Source: Sedimentisphaerales bacterium
GTDB taxonomy: Bacteria; Planctomycetota; Phycisphaerae; Sedimentisphaerales; SM23-30
Direction: 5' to 3' (one strand)
NCBI GenBank assembly: GCA_963666285.1
Contig: OY762711.1
DNA: 64,000 bases
This document shows positions 10,725 to 22,023 of this stretch, one piece after another (position 1 is the stretch's first letter; every line of letters starts with the position of its first letter). Both the position numbers and the translations under genes were made by a program. Below the pieces are notes generated by a model. That model was not told where the DNA came from and did no database searches. It was given only the letters and a program-made list of their open reading frames with translations.

Positions 10725-12245
10725 CTACTCATTTATGGCATAACGCCAGTCAGTCCGCTGGGGGTGTTTGAAGATATCTGCGATCAGCTTTTCCAGCTGA
10801 GGGTCATATTTTGCCAACTGTTCGCGAGAACTGATAGTTTCGCCGGTCGAAACTTTAATCGAACCGGAATTGAAAAAGAGGCTGGTGCCATGGGCAAAAT
10901 ATTCAAAACGATTGGCAGAGACCGGGGTAGATTTCCAGAGGTTCTTTTCCATAGCAGCAGCATATAGATCCCTGAGTTTATAATCGAAACGAATATCCAT
11001 TCGCTCCAATCCGATTTCATATTGCTGCTTTTGCCTTTGGGCCTTAAACGCCAGATCTACCGGGCGAACACCATTATATATATATGCGGCAAGAGCCAGA
11101 TCGTGAACCAGGGAATCTTGTGTATTAGAGTCGATATATAAATGAAACTGCTCAGGCAAACTTATATGCATATATTTCTCTTCGTTGATAAAAGAATCGA
11201 CTTTTAGAGGATTGTCCTTTAACGTTGAAGGCAACTGCTTATAAACAGCCACAGAAAAATCGGCATCAATCATGGTTTTTAAGATATCATAACGATAACG
11301 AAACATATTGCGGACGATATTAGCAGTATTAAGCATCAAAGAGTCAGGAGTGTCTTTGGTGCCAAAAACCGAGAAATCCCAGAACCGGACAAACTTGCTA
11401 AAATTATCAGAAGCATCGGACGTATTTATCTTTTCTACGAGAGGAAGGTCATTGAGCGGCACATAACGCCAGTCATTATCGTCGGTAACTTTGAATATTT
11501 CCCGGACAAAGGATGCCATATCAGGATCGTAGGCAGTAAGCTCTTCGCGGGTGTTGATATCGTTATGGTTCCAGTTGTTCTGACGATCACAATCGAAAAA
11601 TGCCTGTACTGATTCGGCCCAGTATTCCGCGGCATTAGTAGCTGCATAATCATACTTGTAAAGACCTTTGTCCATCGCCTGCTGATAAAGGGCATCCAGC
11701 CTGCCTTGAAATGATGGATCACAATTGTGCAGACCGGGATGATGGATACCATGGGCCAGTTCGTGGATAAGAATACTTTCATCATCATATCGGTCACCCG
11801 GCAAGTTAAGTATATTTTCTTCGCCGCAGCTGGTGGTTCTGCCGCCGAAACCGCGTGCCCGCTGATTCCAGAAAGCTTTCGGTTTCATATGGGAATATTC
11901 AGGGACATCGGTAATCTGTTCTTCCCGGGCAACGATAATATAGCGGAACCCGGCATCAACCAGGGTCTGCCGAAGATCTGGACGATTGGCGAGCACATTA
12001 TCCAGTAATTCCTGTAAACGATAAAAGGCTTTGTCATCGACCTGATTGGAGCCAATCACAACAATGCCATCACAATCGAGATACTTTTCATAAAAAGGGT
12101 CTAATTTAAGTTCTGCCGGAGGAGAAGAGACATGGTTTGTACTACAGGAACATAAGCCGAAAAGAGCGCCCCCGGTAAGAACTAAACATAATATGTGCCT
12201 AAACATTTCAAACCTCATTAATTCAATGTAAAAATGTGTTGCCAC
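10725..12245 (-). CDS. Secreted or lipoprotein zinc metallopeptidase (HExxH) with an internally duplicated domain
   Basis: Lipobox-like LCSC; IHELAH...YAATNAAEYWAE; the second half repeats the pattern (HDLAL...NRFEYFA...SREQLAKYDP). Confidence 0.75.
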   Translation of the reverse strand: MATHFYIELMRFEMFRHILCLVLTGGALFGLCSCSTNHVSSPPAELKLDPFYEKYLDCDGIVVIGSNQVDDKAFYRLQELLDNVLANRPDLRQTLVDAGFRYIIVAREEQITDVPEYSHMKPKAFWNQRARGFGGRTTSCGEENILNLPGDRYDDESILIHELAHGIHHPGLHNCDPSFQGRLDALYQQAMDKGLYKYDYAATNAAEYWAESVQAFFDCDRQNNWNHNDINTREELTAYDPDMASFVREIFKVTDDNDWRYVPLNDLPLVEKINTSDASDNFSKFVRFWDFSVFGTKDTPDSLMLNTANIVRNMFRYRYDILKTMIDADFSVAVYKQLPSTLKDNPLKVDSFINEEKYMHISLPEQFHLYIDSNTQDSLVHDLALAAYIYNGVRPVDLAFKAQRQKQQYEIGLERMDIRFDYKLRDLYAAAMEKNLWKSTPVSANRFEYFAHGTSLFFNSGSIKVSTGETISSREQLAKYDPQLEKLIADIFKHPQRTDWRYAINE

Positions 12246-12529
12246 TTTAATAATTAGAAAAACAGCTTATCGGTCAAACGAAGACAAAGAATATCGTTTA
12301 TGTCATTTTACAGTTTACTATAATGCTTTCAAGGATTGTTTTAACGAACTAATAATTCTCACTACATCACAAACAGCTTGAATAGCTTGCATGAAAAGAC
12401 TTTATGTGTGAGATAGAATGGGAAATATGCGCAATGGCTGGCAAATCTTCAAATAACTGCACCAAAACAAGGAGACAATCTAAACAGATCGTATTTTATG
12501 AAAAATGAGAAAATTACCTATATATAAAA

Positions 12530-12560
12530 AATAAAGGCTGAAATTGATATATCTCAGCCT
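12530..12560 (-). terminator. Probable intrinsic terminator after the NUDIX gene
   Basis: AGGCTGA...TCAGCCT hairpin followed by a T-rich run on the minus strand. Confidence 0.55.
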
Positions 12561-12587
12561 ATTTGGAATTATCTCGGTTAAATACTG

Positions 12588-13229
12588 TTACAGGATATCG
12601 TGGCCCTGATGGTCAAGCATATGTTCAATGCCATCAAGGCAGAGGCTGGACCAGGTTTCCATAGTATCTTTAACAGCTTGCAGTTCATCAGGAGTAGAAA
12701 AGCCTATCTGGGTGATCATCTGCTCGCGTTTGTCAACCGCTTCGGCATCCAGCTGCCAGAGATGAACAACGCCAAGATGAACCTGGCCAACTTCGTTGGT
12801 ATCATCGTTGAGCAAAGCGACAATTCGGTCGGTATGGCCGGTACTGACAATAACTTCTTCTTCGATCTCACGTTCAACCGCCCTGCGATATATATCTTTG
12901 TAGTCAATTTCAGAATCATTGTTGACATGATCGACAGGATTTATATGACCACCGATTCCCATGGAACGATTGCCAACAAGCCGCTTTTCACCGCCACGCT
13001 TGCCACGGACATAGCTCAGGAATTTACCGTTGCAGGTCATAAGAACATAGGGTATAAGCTGCTTATAGGAAGGATCGTTTTCTGCTTCACTTCTAAGCAT
13101 AAACTTGAGATTTCCAGGGGCAAAGATACGGCTGACATACTCATCAATATCAAAACACAGGCCATGAAAAAGCGGGCCGGTTTCTTCGAGAACTTCACGT
13201 TTGACTACTAATACTTCCTCTTCTGCCAT
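12588..13229 (-). CDS. NUDIX-family phosphoesterase
   Basis: KQLIPY, GIGGHINP, REIEEE Nudix box and VGQVHLG. Confidence 0.85.
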   Translation of the reverse strand: MAEEEVLVVKREVLEETGPLFHGLCFDIDEYVSRIFAPGNLKFMLRSEAENDPSYKQLIPYVLMTCNGKFLSYVRGKRGGEKRLVGNRSMGIGGHINPVDHVNNDSEIDYKDIYRRAVEREIEEEVIVSTGHTDRIVALLNDDTNEVGQVHLGVVHLWQLDAEAVDKREQMITQIGFSTPDELQAVKDTMETWSSLCLDGIEHMLDHQGHDIL

Positions 13230-13301
13230 GATATTCCTTAACTATTGTTAACTGCGGTCAAAATTCGACAATACAGTTCATATACATTATAATTTATACT
13301 A

Positions 13302-13739
13302 TTATTTGTCTAAAGCGGCATCACATTTGGAGCTGCATTTTTCACACTGTTTTTTTGCTTTATATTCCTCATATTTGTCACGGGAATATTTAAACGGAGC
13401 GGTAACAATATCTTTCAGAAAAATAACAGGATCAGAAACTGCTCGTTTCGCATTGCTTTTGCTCCAGGTTTTATACTCATCCTGAGGCGAATCGGTATCA
13501 AGTGCGGTATAGCCGGTAACATAAGGATTAGGCTTGATACTGTCATAAGGTTCAGGTTTAATCTCGGCCTGTGTCCAGTTCCTATGGATAATATCTTCCG
13601 GTACATATTCGGCAGTCTGTGCGCAAGACTGTTCACCGCAATTAGCGTCAGGTTTAACAGAGAGAAACTCATTAACCTTGCCACAACCGGCAAGAGTAAG
13701 AGCAACCAGAATAAGAACAGGATACAACTTCCTTGTCAT
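13302..13739 (-). CDS. Hypothetical lipoprotein
   Basis: Signal peptide with LAGC lipobox and a GGAG RBS. Confidence 0.75.
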   Translation of the reverse strand: MTRKLYPVLILVALTLAGCGKVNEFLSVKPDANCGEQSCAQTAEYVPEDIIHRNWTQAEIKPEPYDSIKPNPYVTGYTALDTDSPQDEYKTWSKSNAKRAVSDPVIFLKDIVTAPFKYSRDKYEEYKAKKQCEKCSSKCDAALDK

Positions 13740-13796
13740 TTTTTACTCCATATTTTATATTCAACGAGCAACCGGTAAAGCCAGGCTGCTCAATAA

Positions 13797-15263
13797 TTAA
13801 CCAACAATATCACCACAGGAATAATTCGGAGCTTCCTGGGTAATGCTAATATCGTGCGGATGATTTTCTCTAACAGAAGCGGCGGTAATCTTGATGAACC
13901 TGGCATCGTTACGCAGTGTTTCAATGTCCTTTGTACCGCAATATCCCATCCCGGCACGCAGTCCGCCAACCATCTGATAAACAAATTCACTGAGCTTGCC
14001 ACGGTAAGGCACACGCCCTTCAACACCTTCCGGAACGAGTTTGTCAGCTTCGCGGGTATCCTGGCCATAACGGGCACCGCCGCCTTTGACCATAGCTCCC
14101 ATAGAGCCCATACCTCGATAAGTTTTGAACTGTCTGCCCTGATAGATTACTAATTCACCGGGCGACTCTTCGAGTCCGGCAAAAAGAGAGCCCAGCATAA
14201 CACTACTGGCACCAGCGGCAATAGCCTTGACAATATCGCCACTCTGCCTGACACCACCGTCAGCAATGACAGGAATACCAAATTCGTTGCCGGCACGAGC
14301 GGCATCCATGATGGCAGTGACCTGCGGTACACCTACGCCAGATACTACTCGAGTAGTACAAATGGACCCAGGTCCAATACCAACCCTGACAGCGTCAGCA
14401 CCAGCTTCGGCGAGAGCTTTGGCACCTTCATAAGTTGCGACGTTACCAGCAATAATTTCGATATCCCAGTTGCGTTTGATTTCTTCCACAGTCACCAGGA
14501 CATTCTTAGAATGGCCGTGGGCAGAGTCAACGGTAATAAAATCAACATCACTCTGGATAAGCTTTTCGACTCGATCGAAATCCATAACAGAGATAGAAGC
14601 CCCGACTCTCAGCCTACCGCGACTGTCCTTGGTAGCTTTGGGGTATTGATGAACTCTTTCGATATCACGCATTGTGATCATTCCCGCTAAAGTACCATCA
14701 CCGTTAACAAGAAGCAGTTTTTCCACCTTATGCTGGTTCAGGATAGCCTGAGCCTGAGACAGTTCAGTGCCGGCCGGACCGGTAACAAGATTGCCACTGG
14801 TCATAAGAGTAGAAACAAGCTGGGACTCATTTTCCAGAAAAGCCATATCACGGCGGGTAAGAATACCAATGAGCTTATTTTTGTCATCAACAACCGGTAT
14901 ACCGGAGATATTCTGGCGAGTCATCAATTCGCGAGCCTTACCAGCCAGGTCATCAGGTCCAAGTGTAACAGGATCAAGAATCACGCCATTTTCACTGCGT
15001 TTAACCTTTTCAACCTCGATAGTCTGTTCTTCGACAGACAGGTTTTTGTGGATAACGCCAATACCGCCTTCCTGAGCAATGGCAATAGCTAATGCCGACT
15101 CAGTTACGGTATCCATAGGTGAACTTACCAGTGGTATATTAACAGAAATATTGCGTGTCAGGCGGGTACTGGTATCGACATCTTTGGGCAGCAGTTCGCT
15201 GAAGGCCGGAACCAGTAAAACATCATCAAAAGTAATTGCCTGTCCAATAATTTTTTCACTCAT
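13797..15263 (-). CDS. guaB: IMP dehydrogenase with CBS pair
   Basis: [20 protein letters not shown] catalytic loop, YRGMGS and VPEGVEG. Confidence 0.98.
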   Translation of the reverse strand: MSEKIIGQAITFDDVLLVPAFSELLPKDVDTSTRLTRNISVNIPLVSSPMDTVTESALAIAIAQEGGIGVIHKNLSVEEQTIEVEKVKRSENGVILDPVTLGPDDLAGKARELMTRQNISGIPVVDDKNKLIGILTRRDMAFLENESQLVSTLMTSGNLVTGPAGTELSQAQAILNQHKVEKLLLVNGDGTLAGMITMRDIERVHQYPKATKDSRGRLRVGASISVMDFDRVEKLIQSDVDFITVDSAHGHSKNVLVTVEEIKRNWDIEIIAGNVATYEGAKALAEAGADAVRVGIGPGSICTTRVVSGVGVPQVTAIMDAARAGNEFGIPVIADGGVRQSGDIVKAIAAGASSVMLGSLFAGLEESPGELVIYQGRQFKTYRGMGSMGAMVKGGGARYGQDTREADKLVPEGVEGRVPYRGKLSEFVYQMVGGLRAGMGYCGTKDIETLRNDARFIKITAASVRENHPHDISITQEAPNYSCGDIVG

Positions 15264-15570
15264 TAGCGTCTTTCTAACTCCAGCCTTTCAATGGGCTTAT
15301 ACAAAGTTTTAAAATAAATTTATACCTGGCAAACAATTTTAACCGCATATAAAAGTAAAATCAAGGGCAAAACCAATTGCTAAAGCCTGGACCATAAAAG
15401 GCAAGAGTTATAACATGACATAAATGAAATAGCCGGCAAAAAATGCACCCAGAAATACAGGATAGCGGACAACAGGCAAAAAAACACCCCCAAGGAAAAG
15501 ACGACAACCCAACATAATTTTCAACTAAGTACTTATTAAACAAAAGTTTACGCAACCATCTTTCAGTAAA

Positions 15571-15606
15571 AGAAAAAGCCGCATCAAGCGTAGGCTCGTG
15601 CGGCTA
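15571..15606 (-). terminator. Probable intrinsic terminator
   Basis: AGCCGCA...TGCGGCT hairpin plus T-run on the minus strand, downstream of the 15641-16015 gene. Confidence 0.65.
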
Positions 15607-15640
15607 ATACTGTTCTTTTCAGAATATACTTATGTTATGA

Positions 15641-16015
15641 CTAGCAGACGACGACAACATTACCATCATTTAAGGAAAGCTCCTTGACGGAAAGTCCTTT
15701 AACCTTACGGTCTGCAAGCTTATTAAGCTGAATAATAAACTTATCATTTTCGAAAGCAATATATTTGGCAACTGACGGCTCCTGTACCTTTGCAGTAATA
15801 AACGGCTTCACCAGCGGCATAGCTTCGAGGCCAAGAGTAAGTATGCCGTCTGTATAGGATTCGAAAATAACGGTAATGTCAATCGTAAACATGACTTTAG
15901 CTTTGATTTTAATTTTATTGGCCTCAGCAGTAACAGAAGAAACCTTGTCAGGCAGCCAGTTATTCTTTTTTAGTATAGTCACCAGTTCGTCTAGTTGAAG
16001 TTCTAGTTTTGCCAT
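15641..16015 (-). CDS. Hypothetical protein
   Basis: 124-aa ORF with an AGGA RBS and a downstream terminator. Confidence 0.7.
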   Translation of the reverse strand: MAKLELQLDELVTILKKNNWLPDKVSSVTAEANKIKIKAKVMFTIDITVIFESYTDGILTLGLEAMPLVKPFITAKVQEPSVAKYIAFENDKFIIQLNKLADRKVKGLSVKELSLNDGNVVVVC

Positions 16016-16113
16016 GTTTATATCCTATATATTTATTTTTCTACATTAAACCAACTAAATATTCTAAATGTTAAGCAAATCGGGTTCAAGATAAATATTT
16101 GGAAGAAAACTGC

Positions 16114-16905
16114 TTATTCCGCCAGATGCCTGATAACCGCCCTCTTTCGAGGAAGCAGAATATCGGCTTTTTTGAACTCATCCGGCTGATCGGCCCAATA
16201 TTGCACATCGAGCAGCTCGACGAAATCAGCAGTATAGTCCTTGAGTATGCCTACAAGTTCGACAGGTTTATCTTTGTAGACAAATTCTGCAACAACCTTT
16301 CTGCCAATATACCGTTCCAGAAGCGGTTCGTAGGCAGTATCAACCGAACCGATAATTTCATTTTTCATCTGGGAGACATACTTCTCCTGGCTGCTGAGCA
16401 GGCCACCGGCCACGGTAGTTTTTTTACCTTGCGAAATAAGAACGTTTGAAACCTCCATAACGGTATCACGGATGGTTTTAAAGATATTTCCAATTTTGCG
16501 AAACAGCTTGCGGATTCCACTGGGATGGTAAGCTCTCTTGAGTTCTTTTTCTCTCTTTGAGTTATGTTTTGCCGTCAGGTATTCATGAAACCGAACAATA
16601 GCAGCTATATTACCATATTCATATTTATATATCATATAGGAAGACTCGACATGACCGTCGGTATCGAGGTTTGACTTTTCATAAATTAGTTCCATGCCGG
16701 TAGGTTCAACGCGAAGATTGCCCCAGACATGTTTCCCAGCCGAATCTTCGAGAGTGACCATATAGCCATTAAAAGCTTTCAGGCATTTATCCCTGTTTCT
16801 ACCCTTGATAAAAGCCGCGACAATAGTAGAAAGAAAAATAAAGCATATTGTCAGAAAAAACGGATTACTAAAACCGCTCCAGAAATTTGTTGCCTCACTC
16901 AGCAT
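16114..16905 (-). CDS. Hypothetical membrane-anchored protein
   Basis: N-terminal TM helix, AAGGGG RBS, co-oriented just downstream of the metal regulator. Confidence 0.75.
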   Translation of the reverse strand: MLSEATNFWSGFSNPFFLTICFIFLSTIVAAFIKGRNRDKCLKAFNGYMVTLEDSAGKHVWGNLRVEPTGMELIYEKSNLDTDGHVESSYMIYKYEYGNIAAIVRFHEYLTAKHNSKREKELKRAYHPSGIRKLFRKIGNIFKTIRDTVMEVSNVLISQGKKTTVAGGLLSSQEKYVSQMKNEIIGSVDTAYEPLLERYIGRKVVAEFVYKDKPVELVGILKDYTADFVELLDVQYWADQPDEFKKADILLPRKRAVIRHLAE

Positions 16906-16946
16906 ATATTGCCCCTTACGTAAATTCTAAAATCAGCCGAACCAAA

Positions 16947-18116
16947 TTATTGTTTTTTGCGTCCCCAAGCCGGCCACCCCCAGTTCCGGTCGGTCTTGTG
17001 ACGGTGATATCCGCGACGCTGCCTGCAAACGGGTTGAGCAGAGACACTAGTAACTTTAACACATCCGGCCAGATCAGTGTCAATTGTTATCCGGCTGCTG
17101 CGTAACAACAAGATCATATTGCCGCTGCGACCGTCAGCGACCACTTCAAACTCAACGCCCGGCATAAGTCCCATTCCAAGTATGCGTTCCCGTTCACATT
17201 TATTATTGACGCGTACAACTTTAAGACGTTCACCTTCCAGACAATCGTTAAGCGTGCGAGTGGCAGATTCTTTTTCAAGGCATTCGCTACAAACTCCTTT
17301 AATGATAAGGTGATGGTCAAGCACTTTGAAATTAGCCTGTCGGGCAGATTCATCCTGAAAATATTCCAGGCGCGGGTCATAAAACTCTATAATACCACCG
17401 CATTTGACGCAATAGTAATGATCATGATGCGATTCAGGGTGGAGGTGTTCGTATACAACTTTTCCGCCGACATAAAGGGGTTCGGCAAATCGATGTTCAC
17501 AAAGAATATCAATCACCGCCTGAACCTGCGAATCCGAGACATCCGGGGCCACGGTTTTACATTCCTGAACCAGACTTTCCAGTGAATGATGAAGGTCACT
17601 ACACATAAACACCTTGATTATCTTCTGCTGGCGGTCAGTCAGTTTTGTGCCGCACTCTGTCAGTATATCGATAACCCTGGATGGCAGGTCTCTTTCGCCC
17701 CGCTCAGATTCCTTTGGTAATTCACTTGAGGATAACCGCTGAGCCTGACAGTCCATGCTGGCAACCATCTTTTCAAGTACCTCCGGATCAATAACATGTT
17801 CCATCCGGCAGGCGTTTTCTTCGGCGACCTCAGGATCGATCATTAATTTTTCGACAAGATAGTTTCGGATAGCCTGATGCCGGGCATATACCTGACGAGC
17901 ACGTATCTCGCCCTTATCGGTGAGAGTAATCGGGGCATAAGAAGAATAGTTGATCAGGTCCTTCTCAGACAGCTGCTTGAGAGCCCATGACACGCTGGAT
18001 TTTTTAACATCCAGCATCTGGGCAATTTTATTGGCATTTGCCGCGTCTTCAGAAAGACAAAGTGTATATATTGCCTCAAGGTAATCTTCGAGGCTGGAAC
18101 TAAGTTTTTTATCCAT
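16947..18116 (-). CDS. Fusion regulator: DtxR/MntR repressor + Fur-family domain + FeoA domain
   Basis: LEDYLEAIY...EENACRMEHVI (DtxR); HHDHYYCVKCG...GVCSEC (Fur); RERILGMGLMPG (FeoA). Confidence 0.88.
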   Translation of the reverse strand: MDKKLSSSLEDYLEAIYTLCLSEDAANANKIAQMLDVKKSSVSWALKQLSEKDLINYSSYAPITLTDKGEIRARQVYARHQAIRNYLVEKLMIDPEVAEENACRMEHVIDPEVLEKMVASMDCQAQRLSSSELPKESERGERDLPSRVIDILTECGTKLTDRQQKIIKVFMCSDLHHSLESLVQECKTVAPDVSDSQVQAVIDILCEHRFAEPLYVGGKVVYEHLHPESHHDHYYCVKCGGIIEFYDPRLEYFQDESARQANFKVLDHHLIIKGVCSECLEKESATRTLNDCLEGERLKVVRVNNKCERERILGMGLMPGVEFEVVADGRSGNMILLLRSSRITIDTDLAGCVKVTSVSAQPVCRQRRGYHRHKTDRNWGWPAWGRKKQ

Positions 18117-18263
18117 TTATTACTCGTCTAAAAATACTACTATAGAGTTTCATTAAAATGTTTAATTGCAAACACTTAACTCTTAGCTGTGATATCTTAC
18201 CCCCCAAAATAAACCCGGTATATAACCACCAGACTATTGTTCGATTTCTCTAACTTCAGATGA

Positions 18264-18292
18264 ATTGTAAGATTAGCCTAACATCTTGTCAA
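18264..18292 (-). promoter_or_regulatory. Sigma70 promoter of the DtxR-Fur-FeoA gene with a DtxR/IdeR-type operator in the spacer
   Basis: The minus strand reads TTGACA-17 nt-TACAAT. Plus strand 18268-18286 (TAAGATTAGCCTAACATCT) matches 14 of 19 positions of TTAGGTTAGSCTAACCTAA. Confidence 0.8.
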
Positions 18293-18661
18293 GATGAAAG
18301 GAAATATGCGAATGATCTTTCACATAAATGCAATGCCGCCAGAACAAGAAAGCTGATTTTTGCACATTTGATAATCAAATATCAGTACTGAAAAGGCTGT
18401 TTGACGGCAGTATAACCGTCATAATCGGAAATACATTCTTAGCTTAACAATGGAAAAAAAATCTAATCATTATATTTACGTATTCTGTTTGTTTTTAAGA
18501 GCTTATTAATATTACATTTAGCTGTCAGGAGATAATCCTGACAACGGCAGAATAATAAACAATTGAAAACACACAAGTTATAGCGTTGCACTTTGGATGT
18601 ATGACAGCGGCAGAAATTGAGGCTTTTGCCAGCGGTCAAAAACGCATTTCCAGGAGGAAAT

Positions 18662-21600
18662 ATGAAAACATCCAGGTCCAAAGCAATAAAACGCGCCCGC
18701 CAATTCACACTCGAATCTCTCGAAAACCGTACCCTTTTAAATGCATCTTCCATTGCACAGGCTATTGACTGGCACGAACTGGAACATCAATATACAGATG
18801 CTTACGCAAAAGAAGGTTATGGTCATGCCGATCCAATATTCTCTGATCCAAGCGCATGGGACACAGCTTTTCTTGAAAGTGTACCTTATAATGACAGTAG
18901 CGATACGACTCCAGGCGGATGCACAGTATGTACAGGTTGCGGTCGATGTACCGGCAGCCAAGCATCTCAAACATCAGAAATTGAAGACAGTTTAGAATCC
19001 GATATAGAAGGATTATCGCTGGATGATGTATTTTCAGAGCCTCTAACCTCAACATCAACGGCATATACCCTCTACCTGAACTTTGACGCAGCCCGAGTAT
19101 ACAGCCAGTCAGGCGATTTCTGGCTAGGAAGCACTTATATCGATGTGCCGGGCTACGACCTGAGCATGTTCGGCTGGGACGGTTATGAAAGTCAAAGTAT
19201 AGATTACATAACCAATTTTGTAACAGAAGACTATGCGGCATATAACGTAACCGTAACGAATACCGAGCCAACAAATGGTGAATACACAACTATATATGTC
19301 GGCGGAACATCAGACTGGTTCCAGGCAAACAGCAATATAATAGGTGTGGCCAGCTACGACATTAACAACCGGGACGCATCAAATTATGGCTTTGCCTTTA
19401 CCGAAGAACTCGGCACATACTATAACTATTCGGGCGGTTCCTTACTAAATTTCAGTGAATATGTGGCAAACCTGATATCCCATGAAGCGGCACATACTTT
19501 TGGAGCCAACCATATCAATGATCCGAGCTATTTAATGAACCCGTATCTGCCGACATCACCAAGGACATCAAGTTTTGGAGTCGGAACAATATCAAACAGC
19601 AGTTCAACACAAGACACACAAGATTTGCTGGGCAATAATATGGGTTACCTGGGTTCACTGGATGATTACGGAGACACAGTATCAAGTGCCGAAACAATCA
19701 GTATGAACACCAATACAATAAGCGGTCTTCTGGAAAAAATAACAGATACAGATGCTTTTACGTTTACAGCAGATGCGTCAGGCACTTTTACTGTTGACCT
19801 GTCAACAACAGTTTACGGCAACCTGGATTCAACACTGACTATTTACGATGCCAATAATAATCAGATCGCATACAATGATGACTATTACAGCAGTAATGAT
19901 TCGCTAGTATCTTTCAATGTGACACAAGGCCAGGAATATACAATAGTAGTAGGCAGCTCAAATTACGAGACTTCCGGCACTTATATGCTGAGTTTTACAG
20001 CACCAGAAGGTACACCGGAAATAGAAGTAACTGACACAGAAGGCAGCAGCAGCGACCTGACAATAGATTTTGGCGATATCTATATCGGTCAGCAGCAGAC
20101 ATATACAGTTAAGATTGCCAACAGCGGCTTGAAAGCCCTGACGATAAGCCAGATAAGCACAACGGGCGATTTTGACTTTTCAATACCTAACAATAAAAGC
20201 TCAAATTTGAATATTAGCGCCGGTGATTACACGACTATCGAAGTTACATTCGAGCCGAATTCAGTTTCATCGGAAACAGGCCAGATAATAATCCGGAGCA
20301 ATGACGCTGACAACTCAACAATAATAATTAATGTAAGCGGAACCGGACTGGCAAACGATCCTGACATAGAAATCGCAAATACTGAAAACGGTACTATCGA
20401 TTTCGGTTCGATAATGACAGAGGTAATCGGCAGCGGAACAATAACAGTAAATAATACCGGTATCAATACACTGGAGATCAGTTCTTTTGATGTACCTGAC
20501 GGATTCAACATTGATATTGACACATTAAGTATCGCACCGGGTGAAAGCGAAACAATAAGTATATGGTTTACTTCCAATGAGACAGTATCATTGAACGGAG
20601 AACTTGTTATATACAGCAATGATCCAGATGAATCAGTGACAACTGTAATCCTTACCGCCGAAATATACAGCCCGGAAGATTACATAGCAAATACTTCATT
20701 GAGTTTTGAAGAAGCAGACGGAGTAAACGACGGCATTATTGACGGCGGAAGTATAGAAACAGGCAAAGACTCAATCATAGATCTATGGATAATCAGTAAC
20801 AACGGTTCAACTGATGTTACCCTTGATGTTAATCGCGTACTCGGCTCTGTTTTTGCGATGCCGACAGAAATTACAATAGCATCAGGTGAAACATATACAC
20901 TCAGCACGACATTCAACAGTTCATCGGCGTACACATATACTGACGAAATAGCAATTACGTTCGGCGAAGAACAGGCAACAGCTCCATTAACATTAACAGT
21001 TGAAGCGTATGCAGAATTCGGCGACAGAGATAAGTTTGAATTTTTTGATAGTGATGGTGACTTTGTTTCAGTTATCCTGAAGAATGCGACAGGAAGGATA
21101 ACTCTTAACTCTGACGGCAGCCCTGATATTAAAAACATAGAGATAAGCAACAACCAGGGCAATGCCAGCCTGGTAATTAAAACCGACAAAGATGGTCATA
21201 CCACAGTTGGAGATATTACCGGCAGCGGAGAGATTAAATCAATTACAGGCAAAACAACAGACCTTGCCGGTGAAATTAATATTGATGGAACTGTAGGGAA
21301 AATTCAGCTTGACAATATTCAAGATGAAGCATCCATAGACATTGAAACCGACTATAAAGGTACCAGCCTGCAATTTAACAACACAGAAGGAAAGATCAAC
21401 ATCGACGGCCTGCTAAAAGGCATAAAGGCTACCGGTGACATAGGCGGCGAGATAACAGTAAACGGTGATATCAAATCAATAAAAACCAGTTACAATATCA
21501 ACGCTACAATTAACGCCTATGGATATATCAATGCAGTAAACGCTCTGAACCTGGACAATGCCGACATTGAATCGAGCAGTTATATCAAAACGGTAAATGT

Positions 21601-21940
21601 CAAAGGCGACATGATAGACACAAGCATTTCAGCCGGTTATTCAAATGAATTTGGCTATGGCGAAGATTATGCATTGATCAATAAGCTAAGCGTAAAAGGA
21701 TTATTTATGGGCAGTACAGTTGAATCCGGCCTTATGCCCGAAAACAAAGGTTCAATGTACAACTCAGATACACCGGTTGTTACAATCAACAATATAAAAA
21801 TCGGAAGTGTAATAACTGACAATAACGGTGAAACATTTGGAATCTTTGCCGGTGGTTATGTAAATAAGGTAACAGTTGGCAAGGTAAAAATAACCGAAGA
21901 CTACCAGGAAAATGACTTTGTAGTATTAAATGAACAATAA
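18662..21940 (+). CDS. Planctomycete extracellular metzincin protease (LEPR-XLL motif, PPC and Ig-like domains, C-terminal beta-rich domain)
   Basis: AGGAGG RBS before ATG 18662; FTLESLENRTLL; HEAAHTFGANH zinc motif with Met-turn YLMNP; PPC-like LDSTLTIYD; repeated Ig-like SNDPDE units. Confidence 0.85.
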   Translation: MKTSRSKAIKRARQFTLESLENRTLLNASSIAQAIDWHELEHQYTDAYAKEGYGHADPIFSDPSAWDTAFLESVPYNDSSDTTPGGCTVCTGCGRCTGSQASQTSEIEDSLESDIEGLSLDDVFSEPLTSTSTAYTLYLNFDAARVYSQSGDFWLGSTYIDVPGYDLSMFGWDGYESQSIDYITNFVTEDYAAYNVTVTNTEPTNGEYTTIYVGGTSDWFQANSNIIGVASYDINNRDASNYGFAFTEELGTYYNYSGGSLLNFSEYVANLISHEAAHTFGANHINDPSYLMNPYLPTSPRTSSFGVGTISNSSSTQDTQDLLGNNMGYLGSLDDYGDTVSSAETISMNTNTISGLLEKITDTDAFTFTADASGTFTVDLSTTVYGNLDSTLTIYDANNNQIAYNDDYYSSNDSLVSFNVTQGQEYTIVVGSSNYETSGTYMLSFTAPEGTPEIEVTDTEGSSSDLTIDFGDIYIGQQQTYTVKIANSGLKALTISQISTTGDFDFSIPNNKSSNLNISAGDYTTIEVTFEPNSVSSETGQIIIRSNDADNSTIIINVSGTGLANDPDIEIANTENGTIDFGSIMTEVIGSGTITVNNTGINTLEISSFDVPDGFNIDIDTLSIAPGESETISIWFTSNETVSLNGELVIYSNDPDESVTTVILTAEIYSPEDYIANTSLSFEEADGVNDGIIDGGSIETGKDSIIDLWIISNNGSTDVTLDVNRVLGSVFAMPTEITIASGETYTLSTTFNSSSAYTYTDEIAITFGEEQATAPLTLTVEAYAEFGDRDKFEFFDSDGDFVSVILKNATGRITLNSDGSPDIKNIEISNNQGNASLVIKTDKDGHTTVGDITGSGEIKSITGKTTDLAGEINIDGTVGKIQLDNIQDEASIDIETDYKGTSLQFNNTEGKINIDGLLKGIKATGDIGGEITVNGDIKSIKTSYNINATINAYGYINAVNALNLDNADIESSSYIKTVNVKGDMIDTSISAGYSNEFGYGEDYALINKLSVKGLFMGSTVESGLMPENKGSMYNSDTPVVTINNIKIGSVITDNNGETFGIFAGGYVNKVTVGKVKITEDYQENDFVVLNEQ

Positions 21941-22023
21941 CCTTACGTTGTTCAAAGAGCAACATAAGCAGTGAGAAACTAATAGTGAAAAATTAAGGTG
22001 TTGCAACACAACCTTCATTTAAC

